Shown here in pieces: positions 17,637 through 27,376 of a stretch of 32,000 nucleotides of DNA. The stretch lies in NCBI RefSeq assembly GCF_000011805.1, contig NC_006840.2. One strand, 5' to 3'. The DNA comes from Aliivibrio fischeri ES114 (GTDB lineage Bacteria > Pseudomonadota > Gammaproteobacteria > Enterobacterales > Vibrionaceae). The notes under the pieces were generated by a model. The model was not told where the DNA came from. It did no database searches and saw nothing but the letters and a program-made list of their open reading frames with translations. Every line of letters begins with the position of its first letter. The stretch's first letter is position 1. Both the position numbers and the translations under genes were made by a program.

Positions 17637-18521
17637 TTAGTGTGAACCATCAACAGGAACAACTAATGGTGACTCTTGATTCGTCATTTTAGCCATTAAC
17701 CCACCGATACGTTGACGCATTTCACGACGGTCAACAATCATGTCAATCGCACCATGCTCAAGCAAGAATTCACTACGTTGGAAACCTTCAGGAAGATCTT
17801 CACGCACAGTTTGCTCAATAACACGACGACCAGCAAAGCCGATTAACGCTTTTGGTTCACCGATATTGATATCACCTAGCATTGCTAAACTTGCTGATAC
17901 ACCACCCATTGTTGGGTCAGTTAGTACAGAGAAAAATGGTAGGCCTTTACGAGACAAACGAGCTAGAGCTGCACTTGTTTTTGCCATTTGCATTAGAGAC
18001 ATAAGCGCCTCTTGCATACGTGCACCACCACTTGCAGAGAAACATACAAGAGGACAATTATTTTCAATTGCTGCATCTACCGCTTTAACAAAGCGAGCGC
18101 CAACAACAGAACCCATTGAACCACCCATAAATGAGAATTCAAATGCACATGCAACAACAGGTAATTCTAATAGAGTACCTTTCATTACCACTAGAGCATC
18201 TGTTTCTTCACTTGATTTCTGTGCAGCAGAGATACGATCTTTATAACGTTTTGAATCTTTAAACTTTAAAACATCTTTTGGTTCTAATTCAGCACCAATT
18301 TCAACACGACCTTCTGCATCTAAGAATGTTTCAAGACGCTTACGAGCTTTCATTCGCATATGGTGGTCACATTTTGGACACACTTCTAGGTTACGCTCTA
18401 ATTCTGCAGAATAAAGAACTTGTTCACATGACGTACATTTCGTCCAAACCCCTTCAGGGATCGATGCTTTACGTGAACTAACAATATTGCTTGTATTAAA
18501 AATCTTTTCAAGCCAACTCAT
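17637..18521 (-). CDS. accD: Acetyl-CoA carboxylase carboxyltransferase beta subunit
   Basis: MSWLEKIF... N-terminus, zinc ribbon CTSCEQVLY...CPKCDHH, and a carboxyltransferase domain. Start set at ATG 18521 with GAAAGG upstream. The track start at 18575 adds 18 non-homologous residues. Confidence 0.95.
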   Translation of the reverse strand: MSWLEKIFNTSNIVSSRKASIPEGVWTKCTSCEQVLYSAELERNLEVCPKCDHHMRMKARKRLETFLDAEGRVEIGAELEPKDVLKFKDSKRYKDRISAAQKSSEETDALVVMKGTLLELPVVACAFEFSFMGGSMGSVVGARFVKAVDAAIENNCPLVCFSASGGARMQEALMSLMQMAKTSAALARLSRKGLPFFSVLTDPTMGGVSASLAMLGDINIGEPKALIGFAGRRVIEQTVREDLPEGFQRSEFLLEHGAIDMIVDRREMRQRIGGLMAKMTNQESPLVVPVDGSH

Positions 18522-18673
18522 GGACGACCTTTCTATTAGTGATCTCTCGCACCATCGCAAGAGAATAAAATTCAATTAAATAGATTAAACCATAAATATC
18601 CGCCAGTGTAGATAAAAAACTGGTTGTACCTATTTTCAATATTGAATCCATCTCTACTTTTCGTAGTGATAAA

Positions 18674-19462
18674 TCAATCATTATCCAGAAATAAAGGACC
18701 TAGTGGTACTCGCGGTAATTCCCATTCTAGCGGGTAATCTACATCCACAAGATACAAACCTTCGGCTTTAGCCGTAGCTCCAGCCAATTTTCGGTCTTTA
18801 GCTTCTAATAACCATTTAATCCATTCTGGTTTTTGCTTTCCTTTGCCTACTTCGATTAAGCTGCCGGTAATATTACGCACCATATGGTGAACAAAAGCGT
18901 TTGCTTTAATATCAATAACAATAAAATCACCATGACGAGTGACTTTTAAGTGCATTAAGTTGCGCCATGGTGAACGTGATTGACAGTGAACGGCACGAAA
19001 TGACGTAAAATCATTTTCGCCTAATAAATATTGACCAGCTTCATGCATTAAATTCGCATCTAACGCATCATGATAATGGCTTACACCATGCCCTAAAATT
19101 GCAGGACGTAAACGATTATTATAGATGATATAGCGATAACGACGAGCAGTAGCGGTAAAACGAGCATGAAAATCCTCATTTACCTCTTTGGCCCAACGAA
19201 CTGCGATGTTCTTTGGTAAGTTCGCATTCGCTCCCATCATCCACGCTGCTAATTTGCGAGAACTTGTTGTATCAAAGTGCACGACTTGTCCTGTACCGTG
19301 AACACCAGCATCCGTTCGACCTGCACAATGAACTTCAATAGGCTCATTAGCAACAATCGTTAATGCTTTTTCCAGTTCTTCTTGGACACTGTTTACATCT
19401 CTTTGACGTTGCCAACCGTAATATTCGGCACCATCATATTCAATACATAGAGCTATTCGCAT
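18674..19462 (-). CDS. truA: tRNA pseudouridine(38-40) synthase
   Basis: 262 aa with catalytic-Asp motif GRTDAGVHG. TruA-like throughout. Confidence 0.95.
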   Translation of the reverse strand: MRIALCIEYDGAEYYGWQRQRDVNSVQEELEKALTIVANEPIEVHCAGRTDAGVHGTGQVVHFDTTSSRKLAAWMMGANANLPKNIAVRWAKEVNEDFHARFTATARRYRYIIYNNRLRPAILGHGVSHYHDALDANLMHEAGQYLLGENDFTSFRAVHCQSRSPWRNLMHLKVTRHGDFIVIDIKANAFVHHMVRNITGSLIEVGKGKQKPEWIKWLLEAKDRKLAGATAKAEGLYLVDVDYPLEWELPRVPLGPLFLDND

Positions 19463-19498
19463 GATTTCTTTTCTTTTAATTCAATTAAACATCATTAT

Positions 19499-19532
19499 AA
19501 AAAAAGGCGGAGCTCACTGCCACCGCCTTTTT
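19499..19532 (-). terminator. Hairpin terminator after hubP (bidirectional appearance)
   Basis: aaaaaaaggcgg-agctcactgcca-ccgccttttt: a 6-bp GC stem with a 12-nt loop, flanked by an A-run and a T-run. It begins about 17 nt past the hubP stop. Confidence 0.6.
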
Positions 19533-19548
19533 AATATTGTTTCTTAAG

Positions 19549-22500
19549 TTAGCCGATTTGTTTCATTAATTTTTCAGCTTCGATTTTTAAGGAAACATCA
19601 TCACTACGAAGAACGTCCTCAAGCAACTCTAAAGCACCTTTATCATCAGACATTTCAATGTATGCTTTTGCTAAATCTAATTTACTTTGAGCATCGCTGT
19701 TTACATCAACATCATGTTCCGCAACGTTGCCTAGCATGTCTGGAAATTCATCCAAACCTACATCTAGATTTAAATCTTCTTCTTCAAAGTCATTTTTATC
19801 GCCCTTTTCAGTTTCAGCAATCAATGCTTCAATACTTAAAAAACGATTCTCGCCATGAGGGTCATTTTCAACATTAGGTTGCTCTGACCAATCTTCATCT
19901 TCAAGAGCTGATTCTGTATTAGAGTGCCCATCAAGACTGAAACCACTCCAATCACTACCACCATCCTCAAGCATACTGTCGATATCTAAGCCAGCGCTAT
20001 CTAGATGAGTTAATGCTTCTTTCTCTTCATCAGAGACTTGCGAAGTAAAATTAAACTCTTCACGAGATGGAGCGATTTCTGTTTCTTCCTCAGTTGAATC
20101 AAGATTAAACGCAGAATCATCGATTTCATTGTCATCATCACCTAGAGCCGCTAATGCATCTTCAATAGATAATCCATCAAACTTTGTATCTTGCTCTTCT
20201 TCGTCGCTATCTAAATCCAATTCAGATACAGAACTTTCTTCTTCACTCTTTTGACTAAAGTCCGTTGCGTTTTGTTCTACAAAATCATCTAGAGAGAAAT
20301 CATTATCATCTTCATCGTCAGTTAATTCTGTAAGTTCAACTGGATCTTCCTCTAAATCAAGCAGGCTTTCATCATCAGCTAGCAGTGAATCAAGATCGTC
20401 TTCATCAAGCGTATCTTCTTCAAGAGCTTCTGTACTTTCAACGCCAGATGCTACTGCTTCTTCAACAGTATCTTCTGCTATTCCTTTAGATTCTGTTGGC
20501 TCTTCAAGTTCAGAAACGTCTGTCTCTTCTACTTCTGACTCAAGCTCTTCATCAAATGAGAATGCGTCTTCACTGTTTTCATTTAACGCTTCATCTTCAT
20601 TTAATGCTTCAAGACCAACTGACTCTTCCTCTAAATCAAGCAGGCTTTCATCATCTGCTAGCAGTGAATCAAGATCGTCTTCATCAAGCGTATCTTCTTC
20701 AAGAGCTTCAGTATTTTCAACGTCAGATGCCACTGCTTCTTCAACAGTATTTTCTGCTATTACTTCAGATTCTGTTGGCTCTTCAAGTTCAGAAACTTTT
20801 GTCTCTTCTACTTCTGACTCAAGCTCTTCATCAAATGAGAATGCATCTTCACTGTTTTCATTTAACGCTTCATCTTCATTTAATGTTTCAAGATCAACTG
20901 ACTCTTCGTCTAAATCAAGTAGGCTTTCATCACCAGCTAATAGCGAATCAAGCGTTACTTCATCAAGATCGTCTTCTTCAAGAGCTTCTGTTCTTTCAAC
21001 TTCAGGAGTTACTGTTTCTTCAGTAACATCTTCTGCCATCACTTCAGGTTCTGTTGGCTCTGCAAGTTCAGAAACGTCTGTTTCTTCTATTTCAGGCTCA
21101 AGTTCTTCGTCGAATGAGAATGCATCTTCACTTTCTTCATTCAGCGCTTCATCTTCATTTAATGCGTCAAGATCAGCAGACTCTTCCTCTAAATCAAGCA
21201 AGCTTTCATCATCAGCTAGCAGTGAATCAAGATCGTCTTCTTCAAACTCTTTTAAAATGTCAGATTCAGAAACAGGTTCAACTGATTCCTCTTCCTGCAT
21301 TTGAGTCTCTGTTGATTCTAATAAATCAGTTTCAGATGTAATTTCATCCTCTTCTGAATCTAGCTCAGAAACGTGCTCATTTTCTGGCTCTGATTCAAAC
21401 AAAGGAATGTCATCTTCGTCTTCTTCATCATCTTCAATTAACCAATCTTCATCTCTAGGGGTGTCTTCAGAAAGCGCTTCTGATGCTGCTACACCGTCAA
21501 CTTCAGCATCAACGCCAGTCTTTCCCAGAGTTTCATTTTCCTCATCAGCATCATCACCAATAAGTTCGTCTAAAAGAGCTGTACTGTCTTCATCCAACTC
21601 AAAGTTATCGTTCTTTTCATCATCATCAGCTAATAACTCATCAAGTAGAGCTGTGCTATCTTCTTCTAATGTGATGTCATCTTCATCATCAAGTTCTTCA
21701 TCATCTAGCAGCTCATCAAGTAAAGCCGTGCTATCAGCATCAATATCTAGATCATCGTCTTGCTCTTCATCAGATTCATCAATTAACTCATCTAATAAAG
21801 CAGTGCTGTTATCTTCTAAATCAAACTCGTCTTCTGTTTCATCATCTGACTCATCTAATAGTTCATCAAGTAATGCCGTACTTTCATCTTCAGAATCTAA
21901 ATCAAGCTCATCTTCAAGATCTGATTCTTTTTCTGATTCTTCGTCTGCCATACCAGAAAGTAATTCATCAAAATCCAATTCATCTTCAAGTGAATCTGTT
22001 TTTGCTTCTACTTCTTCTGTTTCTGGTACAAGCTTAGTCTCTTCATTTTCATCAAGATCCCAACCTTGATCTAGAACAGATTCGTCTTCATCTTCATCGT
22101 CAACTGAAGCGAATAGATCATCTAGCATCGATTGATCAAGTTCACCACCTTCCAGCTCTTCAGTTTCTTCAAGTTCTGGAATTGATGATGCTTTTTCTGA
22201 ATCTGAATCATCAATTAACGATAAGTCAAAATCATCATCTTCTGCTTCTAAATCACTTTCTGAGAATAGGTCACTATCAAAGTCATTCAGTGCTTTTTCC
22301 ATCTCTTCAAGACCAAGCGCTTTCTCTTCTGCACCTACGGTCAAAGCACTTGATGACATATCTAAGTCATCATCAAGATCATCTAATCCGCCAAGTTCTA
22401 AGTCGAGATCACTCTCATCTTCTAAACTCAGAGAATCCAAATCAGAATCTGATTCTAACTCAGCAAATGGGTCTTCATCTGTATTATCGTTATCTGTTTC

Positions 22501-23670
22501 AAACTCAGCAAATAGGTCATCATTTGAATCTGACTGTTCATCAAAAATGAATTCATCATTATTTAAATCGCTAAGAATATCATCATCGTCATCTAAGCTA
22601 ATTTCAGGGATGTCATCATCCATTTTGAAATTATCTTCAGGCATAACTAGTGGTGCTGGTTGTTGCTCTGCTTGAGCTTCGCCTTCGCCTTCTTCTTCCT
22701 CTTTTTTACGACGGAATAAGAAGAATGCAATCAAGCCAGCAATAAGAGCTCCTGGGATTAATGCCAAAGAGGCAATTAAACCAGGGCTAGATGCCAACTT
22801 ATCCATCGCTGTCGGTTCAACTTTTTTCTCAGCGGCTGCAAGTTGTTTTTGTTCATTAATGAATTTTTCTACTTCATTACGAATACGGTCTTCATCACCA
22901 AGTTCACTCTTTAAGTTATCAACTTCATTTTGAACTTGTGCTAATCGCACTCGTAATTGGTGATTGTTTTCTTGAAGTGCGGTGAACTCTTGCTCAGTGG
23001 TATCTAATTCAGACTTTAGAGCAACCACAGTAGAGTTTTGCTCAGCAACTGGCGCAACTGATTTAACCACTTCTTTAGCTGGCTTTTGCTCTTGAACCTT
23101 AGCTTCAGTCTTAGCTGGGGTTACCGCTGGTTTTGGCGTAGGTGCTGGTTTTTCAGTCTTAACAGTTCTTTTAACTTGAGCTTCAGACGCTTTTTGAGCT
23201 GCTAGTTTTTTATTATGCGCAAGCAATAACTGTTTTGCATCATCAGTATTTTCACGTCGAACTTGCTCTAGTGTCGGTAAACGTAATCGGCTATTTGGCT
23301 CTAACCCATGAATGTTGTTATTTTCAAATGCTTGTGGGTTCAAACGATAAATAGCGAGCAGCGTTTGCTGCACAGATGTTGTATTGGATGGATTTACACG
23401 GCTAGCAATTGACCATAATGTTTCGTCTTCTCTAGTCGGCCCATAAATTTTAGTTGATGCTTTTGCTTGTGGTGCTTTTTCAGCGGGTACTGATTTAGTA
23501 TATACCTTAGCTGGCTGTGGTTCAGTTACAACCTGTGAGCTAACGGTTTGGTCCTTACCTTCAGGACCAACGATTTGAATAGTGCTAGCCTGCGCTTGTG
23601 AGCACTGTGCGGCAACGAATAACGCTAAAGGTGTCAGCGTTTTAAATATTTTTTGTGATGCGTCAGACAC
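19549..23670 (-). CDS. hubP: HubP/FimV-family polar landmark protein (LysM, TM helix, giant acidic repeat region, FimV C-terminal domain)
   Basis: 1373 aa. GTG start at 23670 preceded by AAGAGG.
- Signal/anchor sequence, then a LysM-like segment (IYGPTREDETLWSIASRVNPS...LAIYRLNPQAF...LRLP).
- Coiled coil.
- TM helix (GLIASLALIPGALIAGLIAFFLF-RRKK).
- About 950 aa of extremely D/E-rich sequence with tandem repeats.
- C-terminal FimV motif (KLDLAKAYIEMSDDKGALELLEDVL).
Position between asd and truA matches fimV/hubP loci. Confidence 0.85.
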   Translation of the reverse strand: MSDASQKIFKTLTPLALFVAAQCSQAQASTIQIVGPEGKDQTVSSQVVTEPQPAKVYTKSVPAEKAPQAKASTKIYGPTREDETLWSIASRVNPSNTTSVQQTLLAIYRLNPQAFENNNIHGLEPNSRLRLPTLEQVRRENTDDAKQLLLAHNKKLAAQKASEAQVKRTVKTEKPAPTPKPAVTPAKTEAKVQEQKPAKEVVKSVAPVAEQNSTVVALKSELDTTEQEFTALQENNHQLRVRLAQVQNEVDNLKSELGDEDRIRNEVEKFINEQKQLAAAEKKVEPTAMDKLASSPGLIASLALIPGALIAGLIAFFLFRRKKEEEEGEGEAQAEQQPAPLVMPEDNFKMDDDIPEISLDDDDDILSDLNNDEFIFDEQSDSNDDLFAEFETDNDNTDEDPFAELESDSDLDSLSLEDESDLDLELGGLDDLDDDLDMSSSALTVGAEEKALGLEEMEKALNDFDSDLFSESDLEAEDDDFDLSLIDDSDSEKASSIPELEETEELEGGELDQSMLDDLFASVDDEDEDESVLDQGWDLDENEETKLVPETEEVEAKTDSLEDELDFDELLSGMADEESEKESDLEDELDLDSEDESTALLDELLDESDDETEDEFDLEDNSTALLDELIDESDEEQDDDLDIDADSTALLDELLDDEELDDEDDITLEEDSTALLDELLADDDEKNDNFELDEDSTALLDELIGDDADEENETLGKTGVDAEVDGVAASEALSEDTPRDEDWLIEDDEEDEDDIPLFESEPENEHVSELDSEEDEITSETDLLESTETQMQEEESVEPVSESDILKEFEEDDLDSLLADDESLLDLEEESADLDALNEDEALNEESEDAFSFDEELEPEIEETDVSELAEPTEPEVMAEDVTEETVTPEVERTEALEEDDLDEVTLDSLLAGDESLLDLDEESVDLETLNEDEALNENSEDAFSFDEELESEVEETKVSELEEPTESEVIAENTVEEAVASDVENTEALEEDTLDEDDLDSLLADDESLLDLEEESVGLEALNEDEALNENSEDAFSFDEELESEVEETDVSELEEPTESKGIAEDTVEEAVASGVESTEALEEDTLDEDDLDSLLADDESLLDLEEDPVELTELTDDEDDNDFSLDDFVEQNATDFSQKSEEESSVSELDLDSDEEEQDTKFDGLSIEDALAALGDDDNEIDDSAFNLDSTEEETEIAPSREEFNFTSQVSDEEKEALTHLDSAGLDIDSMLEDGGSDWSGFSLDGHSNTESALEDEDWSEQPNVENDPHGENRFLSIEALIAETEKGDKNDFEEEDLNLDVGLDEFPDMLGNVAEHDVDVNSDAQSKLDLAKAYIEMSDDKGALELLEDVLRSDDVSLKIEAEKLMKQIG
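20342..21250 (-). repeat. hubP: In-frame 279-bp (93-codon) tandem repeat, about 3.3 copies, inside hubP
   Basis: The anchor string tctaaatcaag recurs at 20351, 20630, 20909 and 21188, a period of exactly 279 bp. The two low-coordinate copies are near-identical by eye and the others are more diverged. Encoded unit: DDLDSLLADDESLLDLEEESxxLEALNEDEALNENSEDAFSFDEELESEVEETxVSELEEPTES...EALEEDTLDE. Confidence 0.9.
21560..21900 (-). repeat. hubP: In-frame 72/75-bp tandem repeat, 5 copies, inside hubP (STALLDEL units)
   Basis: The motif encoding STALLDEL(L/I) recurs with anchors at 21578, 21650, 21725, 21800 and 21875 (periods 72, 75, 75, 75). Each unit is followed by an acidic spacer of about 16 aa. 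Confidence 0.85.
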
Positions 23671-23774
23671 TAGAGATGCCTCTTAATAAAATGAAAAATC
23701 AATACCTGTGTAACTATATCGGATAATAATAAAAAAACTGTAGTTTTTAAGCAAAAACTGTGTGCTTTATGGAA

Positions 23775-23806
23775 GAAAAAAGCCTTAGTTTTCACTAAGG
23801 CTTTTA
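23775..23806 (-). terminator. Rho-independent terminator of asd
   Basis: The minus strand reads AGCCTTAG-tgaaaa-CTAAGGCT followed by TTTTTT. The 8-bp stem is perfect. It lies about 55 nt after the asd stop. Confidence 0.8.
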
Positions 23807-23860
23807 ATTTAAAGTAAATAACGCTCTTTATTTTATAAAAAACAAGTTAACGCATTATTA

Positions 23861-24874
23861 TTAGTAGTAATCACGGATTAACACTTCAGCAATTTGAACT
23901 GCGTTTGTTGCAGCGCCTTTACGTACATTATCTGCAACTACCCACATATTTAAGCCCATTGAATGGCTAATATCTTCACGAATACGAGCCACCATTACGT
24001 GCTCTTTACCCGTAGCGTCGCTTACTTGTGTTGGATAATCATTACCGTGGAAAACTTCGATACCATCGGTTTCTTCAAGTAAACGTGTTGCTTCTGCAGC
24101 ATCGATTGGAGCACGAGTTTCAATATGAACGGCTTCTGCGTGACCGTAGAATACTGGTACACGTACACATGTTGGGTTTACTGTAATCGTATCATCAGCA
24201 AAGATTTTTTGCGTTTCCCACACCATTTTCATTTCTTCTTTGGTGTAGCCGTTATCCATAAACTCATCAATGTGAGGTAAACAGTTAAACGCAATTTGCT
24301 TATCGTAAGCTTTGTTCTCTGCTGGTAAGCCATTTAGCAATTTAGCTGTTTGACCCGCTAGCTCATCAATACCCGCTTTACCTGAACCAGATACTGATTG
24401 GTATGTTGATACGTTGATACGATCAATACCTACAGCATCGTGAATCGGTTTTAAAGCAACTAACATTTGAATCGTTGAACAGTTAGGGTTCGCAATAATA
24501 TTACGATTACGGAAATCAGCTAACGCTTCTGGGTTCACTTCAGGAATCACCAATGGAATATCGTGATCGTAACGGAAGTGTGATGTGTTATCGATAACAA
24601 CGACACCTGAATCCGCTGCGATTGGTGCCCATTTAGCGGATAATTCACCACCTGCTGAAAATAAACCAATTTGTACTTGGCTCCAATCAAACTCTTCTAC
24701 GTTCTCAACGGTTAATGTTTTACCATTAAAACGAACTGTTTTACCTTCACTGCGCTCTGACGCTAAAAGGTATAAATTGCGAACCGGAAAATTACGATCT
24801 TGTAATACTTCTACGATTGCTTCGCCAACGGCACCAGTTGCGCCAAGAATGGCAACATCAAATTCTTGAGTCAT
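23861..24874 (-). CDS. asd: Aspartate-semialdehyde dehydrogenase (337-aa Usg/Asd2-type)
   Basis: Rossmann motif ILGATGAVG, active-site Cys context NPNCSTI, and His in VFYGHAEAV. Same length class and position (pdxB-usg-truA) as E. coli usg and the second Vibrio ASADH. Confidence 0.85.
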   Translation of the reverse strand: MTQEFDVAILGATGAVGEAIVEVLQDRNFPVRNLYLLASERSEGKTVRFNGKTLTVENVEEFDWSQVQIGLFSAGGELSAKWAPIAADSGVVVIDNTSHFRYDHDIPLVIPEVNPEALADFRNRNIIANPNCSTIQMLVALKPIHDAVGIDRINVSTYQSVSGSGKAGIDELAGQTAKLLNGLPAENKAYDKQIAFNCLPHIDEFMDNGYTKEEMKMVWETQKIFADDTITVNPTCVRVPVFYGHAEAVHIETRAPIDAAEATRLLEETDGIEVFHGNDYPTQVSDATGKEHVMVARIREDISHSMGLNMWVVADNVRKGAATNAVQIAEVLIRDYY

Positions 24875-26004
24875 TAGACTTCCTCGATTGTAAATCCAAG
24901 TTGTTGTAACGGAGTAAGATCACAGCATTGAGTCCCTGTGATCGTGATAGCACTGTATTCTCTTCTATCCCAATAGTCTTTGCGCATTTTATCAAATGCT
25001 CCGACGGTTGCGATTTCTTTTCGAAATACGGCATCATCTTTTCGCACATCATAGACTAACTGAATCAAATTGTGCAGTGTTGAATGATCCCATTGTTGAT
25101 TTAATGTCACATTCGGAATGGGTGCTATCGGTAATAATGTTTGAGGGTCGGCTCTTTCATTGCGCTTTAAAAACTCACAATAAAAGTTAAATATCATTGT
25201 CGTACCACGCGCTTTCCCCTCTAATCCATATCCTGCAATATGCGGAGTAGCAAAAGATAATAACGGCAATAATTCCATATCAACGTCTGGTTCAAACTCA
25301 AAAACATCCAGTACCGCTTTAAAGCCGTCTTGTTTTAGCAAGCGTTGTTTTAAGGCTTGATTATCTACCACAGGGCCACGGGCAGCATTAATTAATATCT
25401 GATCATTACGTAATTTTGATAATGTCTTTTGTCCAATGAGGTGATGCGTAGGATATTCACCATCACGAGTAATCGGTGTATGAAGAGTGATGACATCTGA
25501 TTTTTCTAGTAATTCATCCAATGCTACGAATGAGCGAGAGTCGCCCTCTTGCTCTTTAATTGGGTCATTCAAAAGATAAGAAATATTCAAAGCATCTAAA
25601 CATTGAGCTAAATAAGACCCAACCTGCCCAGCACCAACAATACCAAAGGTTTTATCGAAAATAGAAAAACCATGTTGTTGAGCTAATACCATTAAACAGC
25701 TTAGTACATACTCTGCCACCCCTACTTTGTTACAACCCGGAGCCGCGGTAAAAAAGATGCCTTTCTCTTTCAACAATGCTTGATCAACATGATCCATACC
25801 CGCTGTTGCCGTACCAACAAATTTAAGTTTATTGGCTTTTTCAATCAATTCAGCATTCACTTTCGTTACTGAACGAATCATTAATGCATCAACATCAATC
25901 AGATCGTCAGCGGTTAATGTTCTGCCTGATTTAGCAATAACTTCGCCTAATCCACTAAACAGTTCAGCAGCATAAGGCATATTTTCATCAATCAGTATTT
26001 TCAT
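24874..26004 (-). CDS. pdxB: Erythronate-4-phosphate dehydrogenase
   Basis: 376 aa. D-2-hydroxyacid dehydrogenase fold with NAD motif [10 protein letters not shown] and the PdxB-specific C-terminal extension. The stop overlaps the asd start (TAATG). Confidence 0.92.
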   Translation of the reverse strand: MKILIDENMPYAAELFSGLGEVIAKSGRTLTADDLIDVDALMIRSVTKVNAELIEKANKLKFVGTATAGMDHVDQALLKEKGIFFTAAPGCNKVGVAEYVLSCLMVLAQQHGFSIFDKTFGIVGAGQVGSYLAQCLDALNISYLLNDPIKEQEGDSRSFVALDELLEKSDVITLHTPITRDGEYPTHHLIGQKTLSKLRNDQILINAARGPVVDNQALKQRLLKQDGFKAVLDVFEFEPDVDMELLPLLSFATPHIAGYGLEGKARGTTMIFNFYCEFLKRNERADPQTLLPIAPIPNVTLNQQWDHSTLHNLIQLVYDVRKDDAVFRKEIATVGAFDKMRKDYWDRREYSAITITGTQCCDLTPLQQLGFTIEEV

Positions 26005-26103
26005 CTCTTACTCATCTATCCTTTTGACTTATGGCTTGAGTTTATACCAATGTAACTAATTAATGGAATTGGTATCATCACTTCCATAACAGAAAATAGG
26101 TAT

Positions 26104-26137
26104 AAAAAAACCCAGTCAATTTAAGTGACTGGGCTTT
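26104..26137 (-). terminator. Rho-independent terminator of fabB
   Basis: The minus strand reads CCCAGTCA-cttaaat-TGACTGGG followed by TTTTTTT. The 8-bp stem is perfect. It lies about 30 nt after the fabB stop. Confidence 0.85.
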
Positions 26138-26164
26138 TACTATTTGTTTTCAGTGATGACGCTA

Positions 26165-27376
26165 TTACGCTTCGTATTTCTTAATAACTAGCGTTGCGTT
26201 TGTACCACCAAAACCGAAGCTGTTTGACATTACTGTGTTCAGTGCTTGATCACGTTTTTCAGTTACGATATCAAGACCTTCAGCTGCTGGGTCTAGCGTT
26301 TCAACGTTGATGCTTGGTGCAATGAAACCGTGCTCTAACATTAGTGTTGAGTAAATCGCTTCATGAACACCAGCCGCGCCTAGTGCGTGACCTGTCATTG
26401 CTTTAGTTGCAGAAATTGCAGGGCTGTTAGCACCAAATACTTCTTGGATTGCGCCTAGCTCTTTTGCATCACCTACAGGTGTTGATGTGCCGTGAGTGTT
26501 CACGTAATCAACGCTGTCTACGTTTTGCATTGCCATTTTCATACAACGAACTGCACCTTCGCCTGATGGAGCTACCATGTCGTAACCATCAGATGTTGCA
26601 CCGTAACCTACGATTTCACCGTAAATTTTAGCGCCACGAGCAAGTGCGTGCTCAAGTTCTTCGATAACTAGCATACCGCCACCACCAGAAATTACGAAAC
26701 CATCGCGGTCTGCATCATAAGTACGTGATGCTTTTTCTGGAGTATCGTTATACTTAGATGATAATGCTCCCATTGCATCAAACATCATAGTAAGAGACCA
26801 ATCTAGCTCTTCACCGCCACCAGCAAACATTACGTCTTGTTTACCTAGTTGGATAAGCTCTACTGCGTGGCCAATACAGTGTGCAGATGTTGCACAAGCT
26901 GAACTCATTGAGTAGTTCACGCCTTTAATTTTAAACGGTGTTGCAAGACATGCAGAAACCGTTGACGCCATTGTACGTGGAACCATGTAAGGACCAACAC
27001 GCTTAACGCCTTTCTCACGCAAGATATCAACTGCGTTTACTTGGTTTAGTGATGATGCACCACCAGAACCCGCAACAATACCTGTACGTTCATTTGAAAC
27101 TTGATCTTCTGTTAAGCCAGAATCCGCTACTGCTTGCTCCATTGAGATGTAAGCAAATGCAGCCGCATCACCCATGAAACGCATTTTTTTGCGGTCAATG
27201 TGATCAGCAGGGTTCATTTTCAAATCGCCCCAAACATTACTGCGCAGACCTTTTTCAGCAAACTGCTCAGAGAAGTTAATGCCTGATTTACCTGCTTTCA
27301 GAGACTCTAATACTTCTTCTGCATTGTTACCGATACTTGAAACAATGCCCATGCCTGTAATTACGGCTCTTTTCAT
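26165..27376 (-). CDS. fabB: 3-oxoacyl-ACP synthase I (KAS I)
   Basis: 403 aa with FabB N-terminus [18 protein letters not shown]. Active-site Cys lies in [10 protein letters not shown], and the His pair in NTHGTSTP and GHALGAAG. Divergent from mnmC as in E. coli. Confidence 0.95.
   Translation of the reverse strand: MKRAVITGMGIVSSIGNNAEEVLESLKAGKSGINFSEQFAEKGLRSNVWGDLKMNPADHIDRKKMRFMGDAAAFAYISMEQAVADSGLTEDQVSNERTGIVAGSGGASSLNQVNAVDILREKGVKRVGPYMVPRTMASTVSACLATPFKIKGVNYSMSSACATSAHCIGHAVELIQLGKQDVMFAGGGEELDWSLTMMFDAMGALSSKYNDTPEKASRTYDADRDGFVISGGGGMLVIEELEHALARGAKIYGEIVGYGATSDGYDMVAPSGEGAVRCMKMAMQNVDSVDYVNTHGTSTPVGDAKELGAIQEVFGANSPAISATKAMTGHALGAAGVHEAIYSTLMLEHGFIAPSINVETLDPAAEGLDIVTEKRDQALNTVMSNSFGFGGTNATLVIKKYEA

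Noticed and set aside
17740-18246. 168-aa + strand ORF
   Set aside because: It is entirely antisense to the highly conserved accD carboxyltransferase domain. Its composition is low-complexity (S/A/P/R-rich), typical of a shadow frame.
20496-21341. 176-aa and 95-aa Leu/Gln/His-rich + strand ORFs with internal repeats
   Set aside because: These are shadow ORFs antisense to the 279-bp hubP repeats. Their repeats are simply the complement of the hubP repeats.
20342-21900. Regularly spaced repeats considered as a possible CRISPR array
   Set aside because: The repeats are contiguous with no unique spacers, have periods of 279 and 72/75 bp (multiples of 3), are in frame within a 1373-aa ORF, and are not palindromic. 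There are no cas genes.
21407-22069. 220-aa poly-serine ORF on the + strand (also 22182-22550, 122 aa)
   Set aside because: It lies antisense to the hubP acidic region. GAA/GAT/GAC codons read on the other strand give TTC/ATC/GTC-rich, stop-poor frames, so long Ser/Leu-rich shadow ORFs are expected. It has no RBS or independent signals, and hubP itself has a clear domain architecture.
24858-25052. 64-aa minus-strand ORF overlapping the pdxB 3' end and asd start
   Set aside because: It is an alternative frame inside pdxB, with no signals and no recognisable sequence.
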